64,000 nt of DNA, taken from contig CAXXNO010000004.1 in the NCBI GenBank assembly GCA_963663235.2, positions 32,001-96,000 on the forward strand. The letters are read 5' to 3'. The stretch comes from Dehalococcoidia bacterium (GTDB taxonomy: Bacteria > Chloroflexota > Dehalococcoidia > Bin125). Shown one piece after another: positions 55,928 through 64,000 of the stretch. The translations under genes and the position numbers were made by a program. The notes beneath the pieces are model-generated. The model worked only from the letters and a program-made list of their open reading frames with translations, did no database searches and was not told the origin of the DNA. Each line of letters starts with the position of its first letter. The stretch's first letter is position 1.

Positions 55928-56949
55928 TTGCCCGACACTCCCGCCCGGATCCGCGGATCCACCGCGAAGTGCAACAGGTCCACGGCGAGATACACGAAGA
56001 TGGTGAACACGGCCGCCACGAGCAGGAAGGTCTGAATGACGTTGAAATCTTTGTTGGTCACGGCGTCCACGGCATATTGGCCGAATCCACCCCAAGAGAA
56101 CACCGTCTCCACCAGCACCGCCCCGCCAAGCAGGAACGCGTAGAGGACACCGCTGGTTGTGATGATCGGGAGCAGTGCGTTGCGCATGATGTAGCGAACG
56201 ATCGTGCGCTGCCGCACCCCCACGGCACGGGCTCCGATCACATATTGCGAATGGAAGACCTCGGCGGTCGTGACGGCCGTGATCTTCAGCACCACGGGAG
56301 CGTACACCAGCACCAGAGTCAAGAGGGGCATGATCGTCGACCGGAACGCGACGCCCGCCTTGTTAAAGTCTCCGTCGAGGAGGGAGTCGAGTATGACGAC
56401 GCTGGTCACTCGATCCGGCTGATCCACGCCCAAGGGCAACTGGCCGGACGGCACCGGTAAGATATCCAGCTTCGTGAACAAGAAGAAGATCAGGATCAGC
56501 CCAACCCAGAAATCCGGCAGCGCGCCGGCTAAGAAGCCGTACCCGATGATCCCTCTGTTCAGGAGCCCTCCGGGCGGCGCCAGCGCCGCTAAGTAGCCCA
56601 CCCCGATGCCCACCACGAGGCAAACCACCAGCGCAAGGCTGATGAGCCACAGCGTGGCCGGGACCTTCCTCCCCAGTTCGTCAACGACGTCTTGCTTCGT
56701 TCGGAAGGACCTTCCGAAGTCCAGCTGGACCGTCCGTTCCACGTACTTGGCGTACTGCGTGAACACGGACTTATCTAGACCCAGTTCCTCCCGCACCCTC
56801 CGTTCCGCCGAGACATCATGCAGCGGTCCCAGAACGAGGGTTGCAACGTCGCCGGGGCTGAGCTTGATCAGCGTGAAGGCAAGGATCGAAACGATGAACA
56901 ATTGCGGGATCAGGAAAGCGAGCCGCCGTAACACGAAGCGTTTGATCAT
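55924..56949 (-). CDS. Dpp/Opp ABC permease (DppB-like), second cluster
   Basis: SPGD, DFGRSF, PDFWVG, MRNALLP, GAVLVETVF, DPRIR. Confidence 0.92.
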   Translation of the reverse strand: MIKRFVLRRLAFLIPQLFIVSILAFTLIKLSPGDVATLVLGPLHDVSAERRVREELGLDKSVFTQYAKYVERTVQLDFGRSFRTKQDVVDELGRKVPATLWLISLALVVCLVVGIGVGYLAALAPPGGLLNRGIIGYGFLAGALPDFWVGLILIFFLFTKLDILPVPSGQLPLGVDQPDRVTSVVILDSLLDGDFNKAGVAFRSTIMPLLTLVLVYAPVVLKITAVTTAEVFHSQYVIGARAVGVRQRTIVRYIMRNALLPIITTSGVLYAFLLGGAVLVETVFSWGGFGQYAVDAVTNKDFNVIQTFLLVAAVFTIFVYLAVDLLHFAVDPRIRAGVSGK

Positions 56950-57253
56950 CGGCTCTCGCTGCCTCCGGCGCGCCGGCCCGGCGCCTCGCCGTGCGTCAGG
57001 CTATCCTACGCGCCCGAACCTGTCACCGTCTCCGCTTGAGGCAATGGCCGCCTCATCTCACCCGCGGGACCCGTCCGGCATCCACCGCCGAGGCGGTTCC
57101 AGTTGCTGGTCCGCAATCGCCGAGATCAGCGGATCCGGCTAGCCTCTGATCTACGCCCTCTCCATCGAGAGCGCAAGGCCAACCGCCAGTCGACCGCGCC
57201 CACTCGGGCCTCGCCGCCGGGCCCAGAAAAGGCCCGCGCCGCGCCCGTCTCGC

Positions 57254-58468
57254 TCAATACGCCGTCTCCAGCAGTTGGTAAACGACCTCCTCCGAGACCG
57301 GACGCGGGTTCGTAGCGACCACAAGATCCTCCAGCGCGTCCTTGACGATGGCCGGGAAGTCCTCCTTCGTCACCCCCACCTCGGAGAGCCGCGTGGGCAC
57401 GTCGAGCGCCTTAATGAACGACCGCAGGGACGAAATGAACGCCTGCCCTGCCTCGTCCACGTCCATCGTCCGCGTCTCCACCCCAAACGCCTCGGCCAGC
57501 TTCGCCTGGCGGTCCTTGACCACCGGGAAGTTGTAGTCCATCACGTGCGGCAACATGATGCAGGAGGTCACGCCATGCGGGACGTCACGGCGTGCACCCA
57601 ACTGGTGGCCGATACCGTGGCTCAACCCGACTTGGACGTTCAAGAGCCCGAACAGGCTCATCCAACAGGCCATCTGACACCGCCCCCGCCCGACCATGTC
57701 CTCCGGGTCCTTGGAGGAGCCGGGCAGATCCTGCACCAGCATGGCCAGAGCGTCCTTCGACAGGGAATCCACGAAGGGCATGTGCGCCTGCGACACGTAC
57801 GCCTCCACACAATGGTCCACCGCGCGCATCCCGGTCGACGCCCAGAGCCAACTGGGCGTGTGCACCGCCAGCGCCGGGTCCAAGTACGCGACGATCGGCA
57901 TAAGCGGCGCGTGAAGATACAGCTCCTTGACCTGCCGCTTGCTATCCGTCATCCCGGCGATGTTGGTGAACTCGCCGGCCGAAAGCGTGGTCGAGATGGT
58001 GATGTGCTGCGGGACCCGCTCCGGATGCTTGAGCGGGGGAAACTCGACCTTGTCTGGGTATTCGAACTTGGTGCTGTAGTTATCCATCTCGTCGATGCTG
58101 GTCACACCTTCGGCCAGACACATCGCCACGGCCTTGGCGCAATCGATCGGACTCCCCCCGCCGACGCTGACCAGGAAGTTCGCTCCCGCCTTGCGCGCTT
58201 GCTCCGTCGCTTCCAGCACCGACTCGCGGTGCACATGCTGCGACACGTGGTGGAAGACGCCCACGCTCTTGCCCGCCAAGATGTGTTCGACCCGTTCCAC
58301 GACATCCGTCTTCGTGGCCAGCGTGTTGCTGGCCACGATAAAGACCTTCTCGCCCCCGTAGGCGTCAACGTCTTCGCCCAGCGAGTTGACGCAGTCCTGC
58401 CCGTACCGGACTCGCTCCATACTGGGGATGTTGAAGACGCCCCGGATTTCGCCCTCTCCGCCTGGCAT
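57254..58468 (-). CDS. Iron-containing alcohol dehydrogenase family
   Basis: VGGGSPIDCAK, TTLSAGE, AVDHCVE, LSHGIGH, PHG, TNPR. Confidence 0.92.
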   Translation of the reverse strand: MPGGEGEIRGVFNIPSMERVRYGQDCVNSLGEDVDAYGGEKVFIVASNTLATKTDVVERVEHILAGKSVGVFHHVSQHVHRESVLEATEQARKAGANFLVSVGGGSPIDCAKAVAMCLAEGVTSIDEMDNYSTKFEYPDKVEFPPLKHPERVPQHITISTTLSAGEFTNIAGMTDSKRQVKELYLHAPLMPIVAYLDPALAVHTPSWLWASTGMRAVDHCVEAYVSQAHMPFVDSLSKDALAMLVQDLPGSSKDPEDMVGRGRCQMACWMSLFGLLNVQVGLSHGIGHQLGARRDVPHGVTSCIMLPHVMDYNFPVVKDRQAKLAEAFGVETRTMDVDEAGQAFISSLRSFIKALDVPTRLSEVGVTKEDFPAIVKDALEDLVVATNPRPVSEEVVYQLLETAY

Positions 58469-58884
58469 GGCACAGCCTCTCAGGTCGCAGGCGCAACGCG
58501 CCTCTGCTCAACTGGCTCGCCGAGCAGGTAGATACGAAATAGTAGGGCGGAATATAGGCAGTCGTCGCTGGGAGCGTCAAGGAGAGCCGCCCCGGCCCAC
58601 AGCTCGACGCTCAAGAGATCCGCACAGAGCGGATCGTCTAACCGGCGATCATCTCAAAGAAGGCCTCCCCTGAGCGTGCTGCGGCGCTCAGGGCCAATCG
58701 ACGCCGTACACCGTGGTTTGCGTGTAAAAGTCGCTCCAGCCGAAGCCGCGGGTGTGACCGAGTTGCAGGCCGGACCGTGCGAGCAGCGCACAGTACAGCC
58801 CCGAGAGGCCGAGAAAGAGGGCGACCCATTCCGCGCGCGCGAACTTCTCGCCGATCAGGTGGAGAACGTCGTCGACGCCCATCG

Positions 58885-60264
58885 CTACTCCAGAGGCGTG
58901 TCGACGCCGGCGACCGTCACCTCCGGGAACGCGCTCAGGTAGGAGAACCAGAACGCCGTCCGGGAGGGCAACTGGCGCAGCTGGGCGCCGGCCAGCGGCC
59001 CATTCACGGCGCGGCCGCCGCCGTCCCAGCTTGAGCCGGTTTCGGCGTCGACGTAGGCGCCGTCGTCCGAACGGAACCTCAGCACGCGGCCGTCGACGGT
59101 GGGATCGAACGCGACGCCAAAGAGCGCTTGAGCGTCGATAAACACGACGACCGGCTGGCCGGCGACCACATCGTTCACAGCCAGCGTCCCGTGCGCCGTT
59201 ATCGGGTAGGCGCGGGCCGTCCCGTCGACCTCCACGCCCACCACAAGCTCCGTCGCCGGAAGACGCGGATCCTGGAAGATCTCGCTGTCGACGGGGAATG
59301 GCGGGCGCCGGTTCGCCTCGATGGCCCCCGCCAGCCCGGCGAAGGGGTCATCGTGGTACGGCCGCTCAAAGCCCGTGTCCGAGCTCAGCACGAGCGTGTC
59401 GGGGTGCTCCTCCAGCCAGTTTTCCCAGCGCACCGTGACGGACGGCAGGACGGTGAGCCGCGCGCCGGTGAGCGGTCCGACCACCGCTTCCCCGCCCGTC
59501 TGAAACCAGTAGGAGTTGGTCTGGCGATCGAACATCACCAGGTCGCTCTGCAAGAGAGCGTTGGTGTTTCCGAAGTTCAGAACCCGCCCGTCCAGCACAC
59601 GCTCGTACACCACGCCGCTGCGGCACAGCGGGCAATACGTAATCAGCACGGCGCGACCCCCGAGCGTCTCATCGACGATCTCGTGGAAGTTAAGGATGGA
59701 GATCGGAAATGCGTAGGGTTGGCCGTCATCGGCCACGTACCCCACCACGAGGACAGTGTTCCAGAGAAAGTCTGAGTCCGCCGCTTCCTCCGCGGTGATG
59801 TACCGCACGGTGCCCACCCGCTGTTGCGCCTCCGGCTCCAAGAGGTCGCGGTTGGCGTCCAGCGGCGGGATAGCGTCCACAAGATCAAGGATGGTCTCCT
59901 CGGACGCCTCCGCGAACGAAACCATCTGTCCGCGGAAAAGATCGAAGATGATGTCTTCGAGCGCGACACTGCGGATGGTGGTGTCGACACCGGCGATTAC
60001 GCCGCGATCACCGGCTTCGTTGAGCGCGGGGCTCGCGGACGACTCCGGCGCAGCCGCCGCATCAACGGCCTCCACCTCCTCAGCGACCGCTCCTGCGGTG
60101 ACGCCATGCTCGGCGCCCTCGGCGCTCTGCGTATCGCCGTCTCCGCCGCTACCGGAGCAGGCGGCGGCCACGATCCCGCCGACCATCAGCAGCGACGTCA
60201 AGCCAAGCGCCAGACGGCTCGATCGAACCGGGAAGCCGGACAGGGCGGTACGGCGCATACACAA
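58885..60264 (-). CDS. DUF3179-family lipoprotein with CxxC
   Basis: Lipobox AAAC; HEIVD, TYCPLCRSG, LVMFDRQTNSYWFQ, W..W...HPDT, FWFSY. Confidence 0.85.
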   Translation of the reverse strand: MCMRRTALSGFPVRSSRLALGLTSLLMVGGIVAAACSGSGGDGDTQSAEGAEHGVTAGAVAEEVEAVDAAAAPESSASPALNEAGDRGVIAGVDTTIRSVALEDIIFDLFRGQMVSFAEASEETILDLVDAIPPLDANRDLLEPEAQQRVGTVRYITAEEAADSDFLWNTVLVVGYVADDGQPYAFPISILNFHEIVDETLGGRAVLITYCPLCRSGVVYERVLDGRVLNFGNTNALLQSDLVMFDRQTNSYWFQTGGEAVVGPLTGARLTVLPSVTVRWENWLEEHPDTLVLSSDTGFERPYHDDPFAGLAGAIEANRRPPFPVDSEIFQDPRLPATELVVGVEVDGTARAYPITAHGTLAVNDVVAGQPVVVFIDAQALFGVAFDPTVDGRVLRFRSDDGAYVDAETGSSWDGGGRAVNGPLAGAQLRQLPSRTAFWFSYLSAFPEVTVAGVDTPLE

Positions 60265-60316
60265 CCGGTACGAGGCGGTCCGAAGCGCGGATCGGCCTCA
60301 GCCGGGATATCTACCC

Positions 60317-60892
60317 TTATGGGGAGGAGATCAGCTCCTCCGAACGTCGCTCCAGGGTGGTGATCGCATCGACGCGGTTGTACATCCAGAGGGAGATCGG
60401 CTCCGTCACCTGCGGTAGATTCACGAGATAGGCCAGCAGTAGCCAGATGACCCCGGCCCACCAACCCACAGCGAAAAAATACACGGCGCGAATGTACGGC
60501 CGCTCTCGCACCTCTTGCTCGCGCTCCTTGGGCGTGGGCGGTCCAACGATGCGCTGGGAGGGCTCCGCAAGGCGCATCACCCGGGGCAACTGCTGCAGCG
60601 CCCAGGGACGGAATATGTAGCCGATGGCAGTGAAGTTCAGCACAGCCGCCGCGGCCACCAGCACGAGCCCGGCCATCCAGCCAAAGAACAGAAACCAGAT
60701 GACCCGCTCGGCGGGATGCCGCGGGCGGCGCGTCACCTCCACCACGACGCGCTCCGTCGTCTCGTCCACGCGGATGAACGTCGGCTTGGTCGCGTCCTCG
60801 CGGTCGCCGCGCTCGACCTCGGCCCCCTCCATCGGCCCGGCGGGGCCCTCTTCCCCTTGTGGCAATCGCGCCGGCTCGCGGTCTCGGTCCAT
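60317..60892 (-). CDS. Membrane protein, YccF-like
   Basis: Duplicated R(V/A)(I/V)(W/Y)FxxxGWxAG TM motif; start uncertain. Confidence 0.65.
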   Translation of the reverse strand: MDRDREPARLPQGEEGPAGPMEGAEVERGDREDATKPTFIRVDETTERVVVEVTRRPRHPAERVIWFLFFGWMAGLVLVAAAAVLNFTAIGYIFRPWALQQLPRVMRLAEPSQRIVGPPTPKEREQEVRERPYIRAVYFFAVGWWAGVIWLLLAYLVNLPQVTEPISLWMYNRVDAITTLERRSEELISSP

Positions 60893-61045
60893 CGGGCTCT
60901 CCCGTCGATGCGCCGTCTCGCGCTCGATGGCGAGGCTGCTCGCCAATCTTAGTGCGCGGCGACCGGCCGTGGAGATCCATCGTGACCGCCAGACGCATCT
61001 GCTACCGTTTGAGGCTGTCGTGCCGGCCGAGATGAGGTGCACACG

Positions 61046-62224
61046 ATGCTTCTACGAAACCTGCGGCTGATCGATGGCACGGGCGCGCTTCAGGAGCGCG
61101 TCGACGTCCGAATTCGCGACGGCCGCTTCGCCGAGATCGGCCCCGCGCTCAACCCAAACGCCGACGAGACGCACGACTTCGACGGCGCCACTGCCATCCC
61201 CGGCCTGATCGATGCGCACACCCACCTGAGCCTGAACGCCACCCCTCACGCCATCGAGGACGCGGCGAGCCAATCCCACCCCTACCAGGCGTTGCTGACC
61301 GCGAAACGGGCCGTCGCCCTCTTGGCGCAGGGGGTGACCACGGCGCGCGACATCGGCGGCGTCGCGCCGGTGATCCTGGCCGTCCGCGACGCGATCCGTG
61401 AGGGCCACGCGCGCGGGCCACGGATCATCACGGCCGGGCACTGGTTGACAGTGACGGGCGGTCACGGCTGGATGATCGGCGTAGAGGCGGACGGCGCCGA
61501 TGCCCTCCGCCGCGCGGTCCGAGCGGAGATCAAGGCCGGCTCCGACATGATCAAGGTGATGGCCAGCGGCGGCATCGTGGGGCCCGGACTGGGGCCCAAT
61601 GCGGTGCAATTCTCCGAAGAGGAGATGAGCGTCGCGGCGGGCGAGGCGCACGGCTCCGGACTGACCATCGCGGCGCACGCCCACGGCGAGGGAAGCATCC
61701 GCAACGCGGTGCGCGGCGGCGTCGACAGCGTGGAGCACGGTTCCTACCTCACCGAGGAGTTGATCGGAGAGATGTTGGAGCGGGGCACCTTCCTGACGCC
61801 GACGCTGGCGGTCGTCGGTTTCATCCTGGCCCGCGCCGACGACGCCGGCCTGCCCCCGCACAGCATCGAGAGCGCCCGCGCGCTCGCCGACACGCACCGG
61901 CGCAACATCGCCCTGGCGCATCGCCGGGGCATCCCGCTCGTGGCCGGCACCGACATGGGTGCACCCTTCACCGGACCCGACGCGCTGCACCAGGAGATCC
62001 ACGAGCTGGTCGCGATCGGCATGACGCCCATGGAGGCGATTCAAGCAGCGACGCTCAACGCCGCCCGCGCCATGCAACGGGAGCAGGAACTGGGGACCGT
62101 GCGGCCGGGCCGTCGGGCGGATCTGCTCGTGCTGGATGCCGACCCGCTCGCCGATATCGGCGCCACGCGGACGATCCGGCGCATCATCAAGGACGGCGAG
62201 TTCGTCACCCCCACTGAAGGGTGA
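61046..62224 (+). CDS. Metal-dependent amidohydrolase (Xaa-Pro dipeptidase-like)
   Basis: PGLIDAHTH, GVTTARD, IKVMASGG, AAHAHG, SVEHG, AGTD, ADLLVLD. Confidence 0.92.
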   Translation: MLLRNLRLIDGTGALQERVDVRIRDGRFAEIGPALNPNADETHDFDGATAIPGLIDAHTHLSLNATPHAIEDAASQSHPYQALLTAKRAVALLAQGVTTARDIGGVAPVILAVRDAIREGHARGPRIITAGHWLTVTGGHGWMIGVEADGADALRRAVRAEIKAGSDMIKVMASGGIVGPGLGPNAVQFSEEEMSVAAGEAHGSGLTIAAHAHGEGSIRNAVRGGVDSVEHGSYLTEELIGEMLERGTFLTPTLAVVGFILARADDAGLPPHSIESARALADTHRRNIALAHRRGIPLVAGTDMGAPFTGPDALHQEIHELVAIGMTPMEAIQAATLNAARAMQREQELGTVRPGRRADLLVLDADPLADIGATRTIRRIIKDGEFVTPTEG

Positions 62225-62246
62225 CCGGCACACGGGAAGGGAGCCG

Positions 62247-63458
62247 ATGATGGTCGCACCGCTTGACGGCGTCCGGGTGGTGGAGGTGGCCAACTGGCTG
62301 GCGGCGCCCGGCGCTGCAGCACTGATGGCCGATATGGGCGCCGAGGTGATCAAGGTGGAGCCGCCGGAAGGGGACGCCTACCGCAGCTTCCGTCTGGACA
62401 GGCTGTACGACTACCAGTTCGCCGCCAACTATGGGTTTGAGCTGGACAACCGCGGCAAGCGCTCCGTCACCGTGGCGCTTGACCAGCCCGGCGGCCCGGA
62501 TCTGGTCCTCCGCCTGTGCGAGCGGGCGGACATCTTTATCACCAACTTGATCCAGGCGCGACGCGAGCGCTACGGCCTCACCCCAGAGGCCGTGCGACGC
62601 GTGAATCCGCGCCTGGTCTACACCTCGTTCAGCGGCTACGGCTGTGAAGGACCCGACGCCGACCGGCCCGGCTTCGACTACGCCGCCTTTTGGGCCCGCG
62701 GTGGCTTGATGGCCGCGCTGCGCCAGCCGCCGGCTCCACCGCCGCTCTGCCGTCCCGGCCAGGGCGACCACGCCACTACCCTCAACCTGCTCGCGGGGAC
62801 GCTGGCGGCACTCCGTCTCCGCGACGCGACCGGCGAAGGCCAGGTTGTGGATGTGACACTCCTGGGCACGGGGATGTGGACCATCGGCACGGACTTCGCC
62901 GCGGCGCTGGTCGCGAAGAAACAGCCGAAGCCCCACGATCACACCATGCCCGGGAACCCGATGTGGAACACCTATGAGACCGCCGACGGACGCTGGCTGC
63001 TGGTGGTGATGCCGCAGCCCGACCGCTTCTGGCCGCGCTTCTGCGAGATGATCGGCCTGCCGGAGTGGGCGGCGGACCCGCGCTACGACTCGCTGGAGAA
63101 GCGGGCCGGCTTCACAGCCGAGCTGACGGCCGCCATCGCCCAGCGCTTTGCCGAGCACGACCTGGCCCATTGGGCCGAGCGCCTCGATGAGTTCAGCCTG
63201 ATCTGGGCGCCGGTGGCCGAGATCCCGGAAGTTCTGTCGGATCCCCAGGTGCGGGAGATAGGCGCCTTCACGACCATCGACCATCCCGAGCTGGGACGTT
63301 TCGAGACCATGAACACGCCGTTTCGGATTGAGAGCGCCGACATAGGCGTGCGCGGGCCGGCTCCAGCCGTCGGCCAGCACACGCAGGAAGTGCTGGAGGA
63401 GATCGGACTCGGCGACGACGAAATCGCCGCGCTCGCCGCCCAAGGGGTGTTCGGCTAG
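62247..63458 (+). CDS. Family III CoA-transferase (CaiB/BaiF) #5
   Basis: DMGAEVIKVE, NRGKRSV, NPRLVY, QGDHAT, APAVGQHT. Confidence 0.93.
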   Translation: MMVAPLDGVRVVEVANWLAAPGAAALMADMGAEVIKVEPPEGDAYRSFRLDRLYDYQFAANYGFELDNRGKRSVTVALDQPGGPDLVLRLCERADIFITNLIQARRERYGLTPEAVRRVNPRLVYTSFSGYGCEGPDADRPGFDYAAFWARGGLMAALRQPPAPPPLCRPGQGDHATTLNLLAGTLAALRLRDATGEGQVVDVTLLGTGMWTIGTDFAAALVAKKQPKPHDHTMPGNPMWNTYETADGRWLLVVMPQPDRFWPRFCEMIGLPEWAADPRYDSLEKRAGFTAELTAAIAQRFAEHDLAHWAERLDEFSLIWAPVAEIPEVLSDPQVREIGAFTTIDHPELGRFETMNTPFRIESADIGVRGPAPAVGQHTQEVLEEIGLGDDEIAALAAQGVFG

Positions 63459-64000
63459 CCGCCCGCGCGCGTGCGGCTTCGGCGCCAGAGGAACGCTAGT
63501 AGAGCCAAGGCGATCGCCACACCGCCGATCGGGGCGACGATCGCAGCGATCAGCCCCGCATCAGACGATCCCTCTTTCTCCACCAGGAACAAATCGATGT
63601 GCGCGTCCGGCTCGGCGGACGGCTCAGCCCCGGCCTCGGACGGCTCGCCTCTCTGATCTACTTCTTTGCGCAGCACGTCGCCACGCGCTTCGATGGCGGC
63701 CAGCGCCCGTTCGAAGGTAGCGCTCGGCACCCGCAGCAGCAGGAACGCCGACTCCTCCTCTTCGTCCACGGTGATGATGACGCGATCCACCACGCCGTCC
63801 ATCGACGCCACCAGTGCTTGCACGCGTTCCACGCTCTCGTTGAGTGTCGACACGGCCACAGCCAGCGACGCCCTCGGCGGCTCCACGAACGGCGCCTCCG
63901 GCGGGAACAACGAGACCGTGATGGTGGCGAGGTCGACGCGGCGTAAGAGGAAGTTCAACTGTCCCTGGAAGACCTCGATCTGCGACCGCACGCGGGCCAG
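63455..64000 (-). CDS. DUF4349-like membrane-anchored protein (5'-partial)
   Basis: VRSQIEVFQGQLNFL..RVDLATITVSL, LRVP..F, C-terminal TM and basic tail; runs off the window. Confidence 0.75.
   Translation of the reverse strand: MARVRSQIEVFQGQLNFLLRRVDLATITVSLFPPEAPFVEPPRASLAVAVSTLNESVERVQALVASMDGVVDRVIITVDEEEESAFLLLRVPSATFERALAAIEARGDVLRKEVDQRGEPSEAGAEPSAEPDAHIDLFLVEKEGSSDAGLIAAIVAPIGGVAIALALLAFLWRRSRTRAGG

Noticed and set aside
58638-58882. Small CDS downstream of DUF3179
   Set aside because: 64-aa ORF with a weak hydrophobic stretch and no recognisable family; possibly a remnant.

Overview
High-GC (roughly 68-70% by eye) bacterial window, most consistent with Chloroflexota/Dehalococcoidia-like DNA (LPXTG-anchored protein, expanded LLM, CaiB and SnoaL families); taxonomy is an inference. 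Three zones. (1) About 1-17.7 kb is a heavily rearranged island remnant: two 3' tRNA-Gly(CCC) att-type fragments, a decayed tyrosine integrase, four IS6 copies plus a solo IS6 end, one IS3 with a 5-bp target duplication, an orphan 4-repeat CRISPR array with no cas genes, and stumps of defence/DNA-metabolism genes (SNF2-like helicase, AddB-like, type ISP-like methyltransferase, ogt). An intact Liv-type ABC transporter and a Sec/Tat-type molybdoenzyme survive there, and pckA is cut by IS6. (2) About 17.8-58.5 kb is an intact catabolic region built from tandem paralogs: 4 SnoaL/LinA-BaiE-like, 3 LLM, GatC-like + 2 amidases, 4 CaiB (+1 fragment), SCP-type thiolase, a Cys-less AbfD/HpaB-family protein, HyuA + 2 HyuB + a small unknown gene, and two Dpp/Opp transporters without binding proteins. 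(3) About 58.9-64 kb holds ordinary genes (DUF3179, YccF-like, amidohydrolase, CaiB, DUF4349). All product calls come from motif recognition by eye; no database searches were run.
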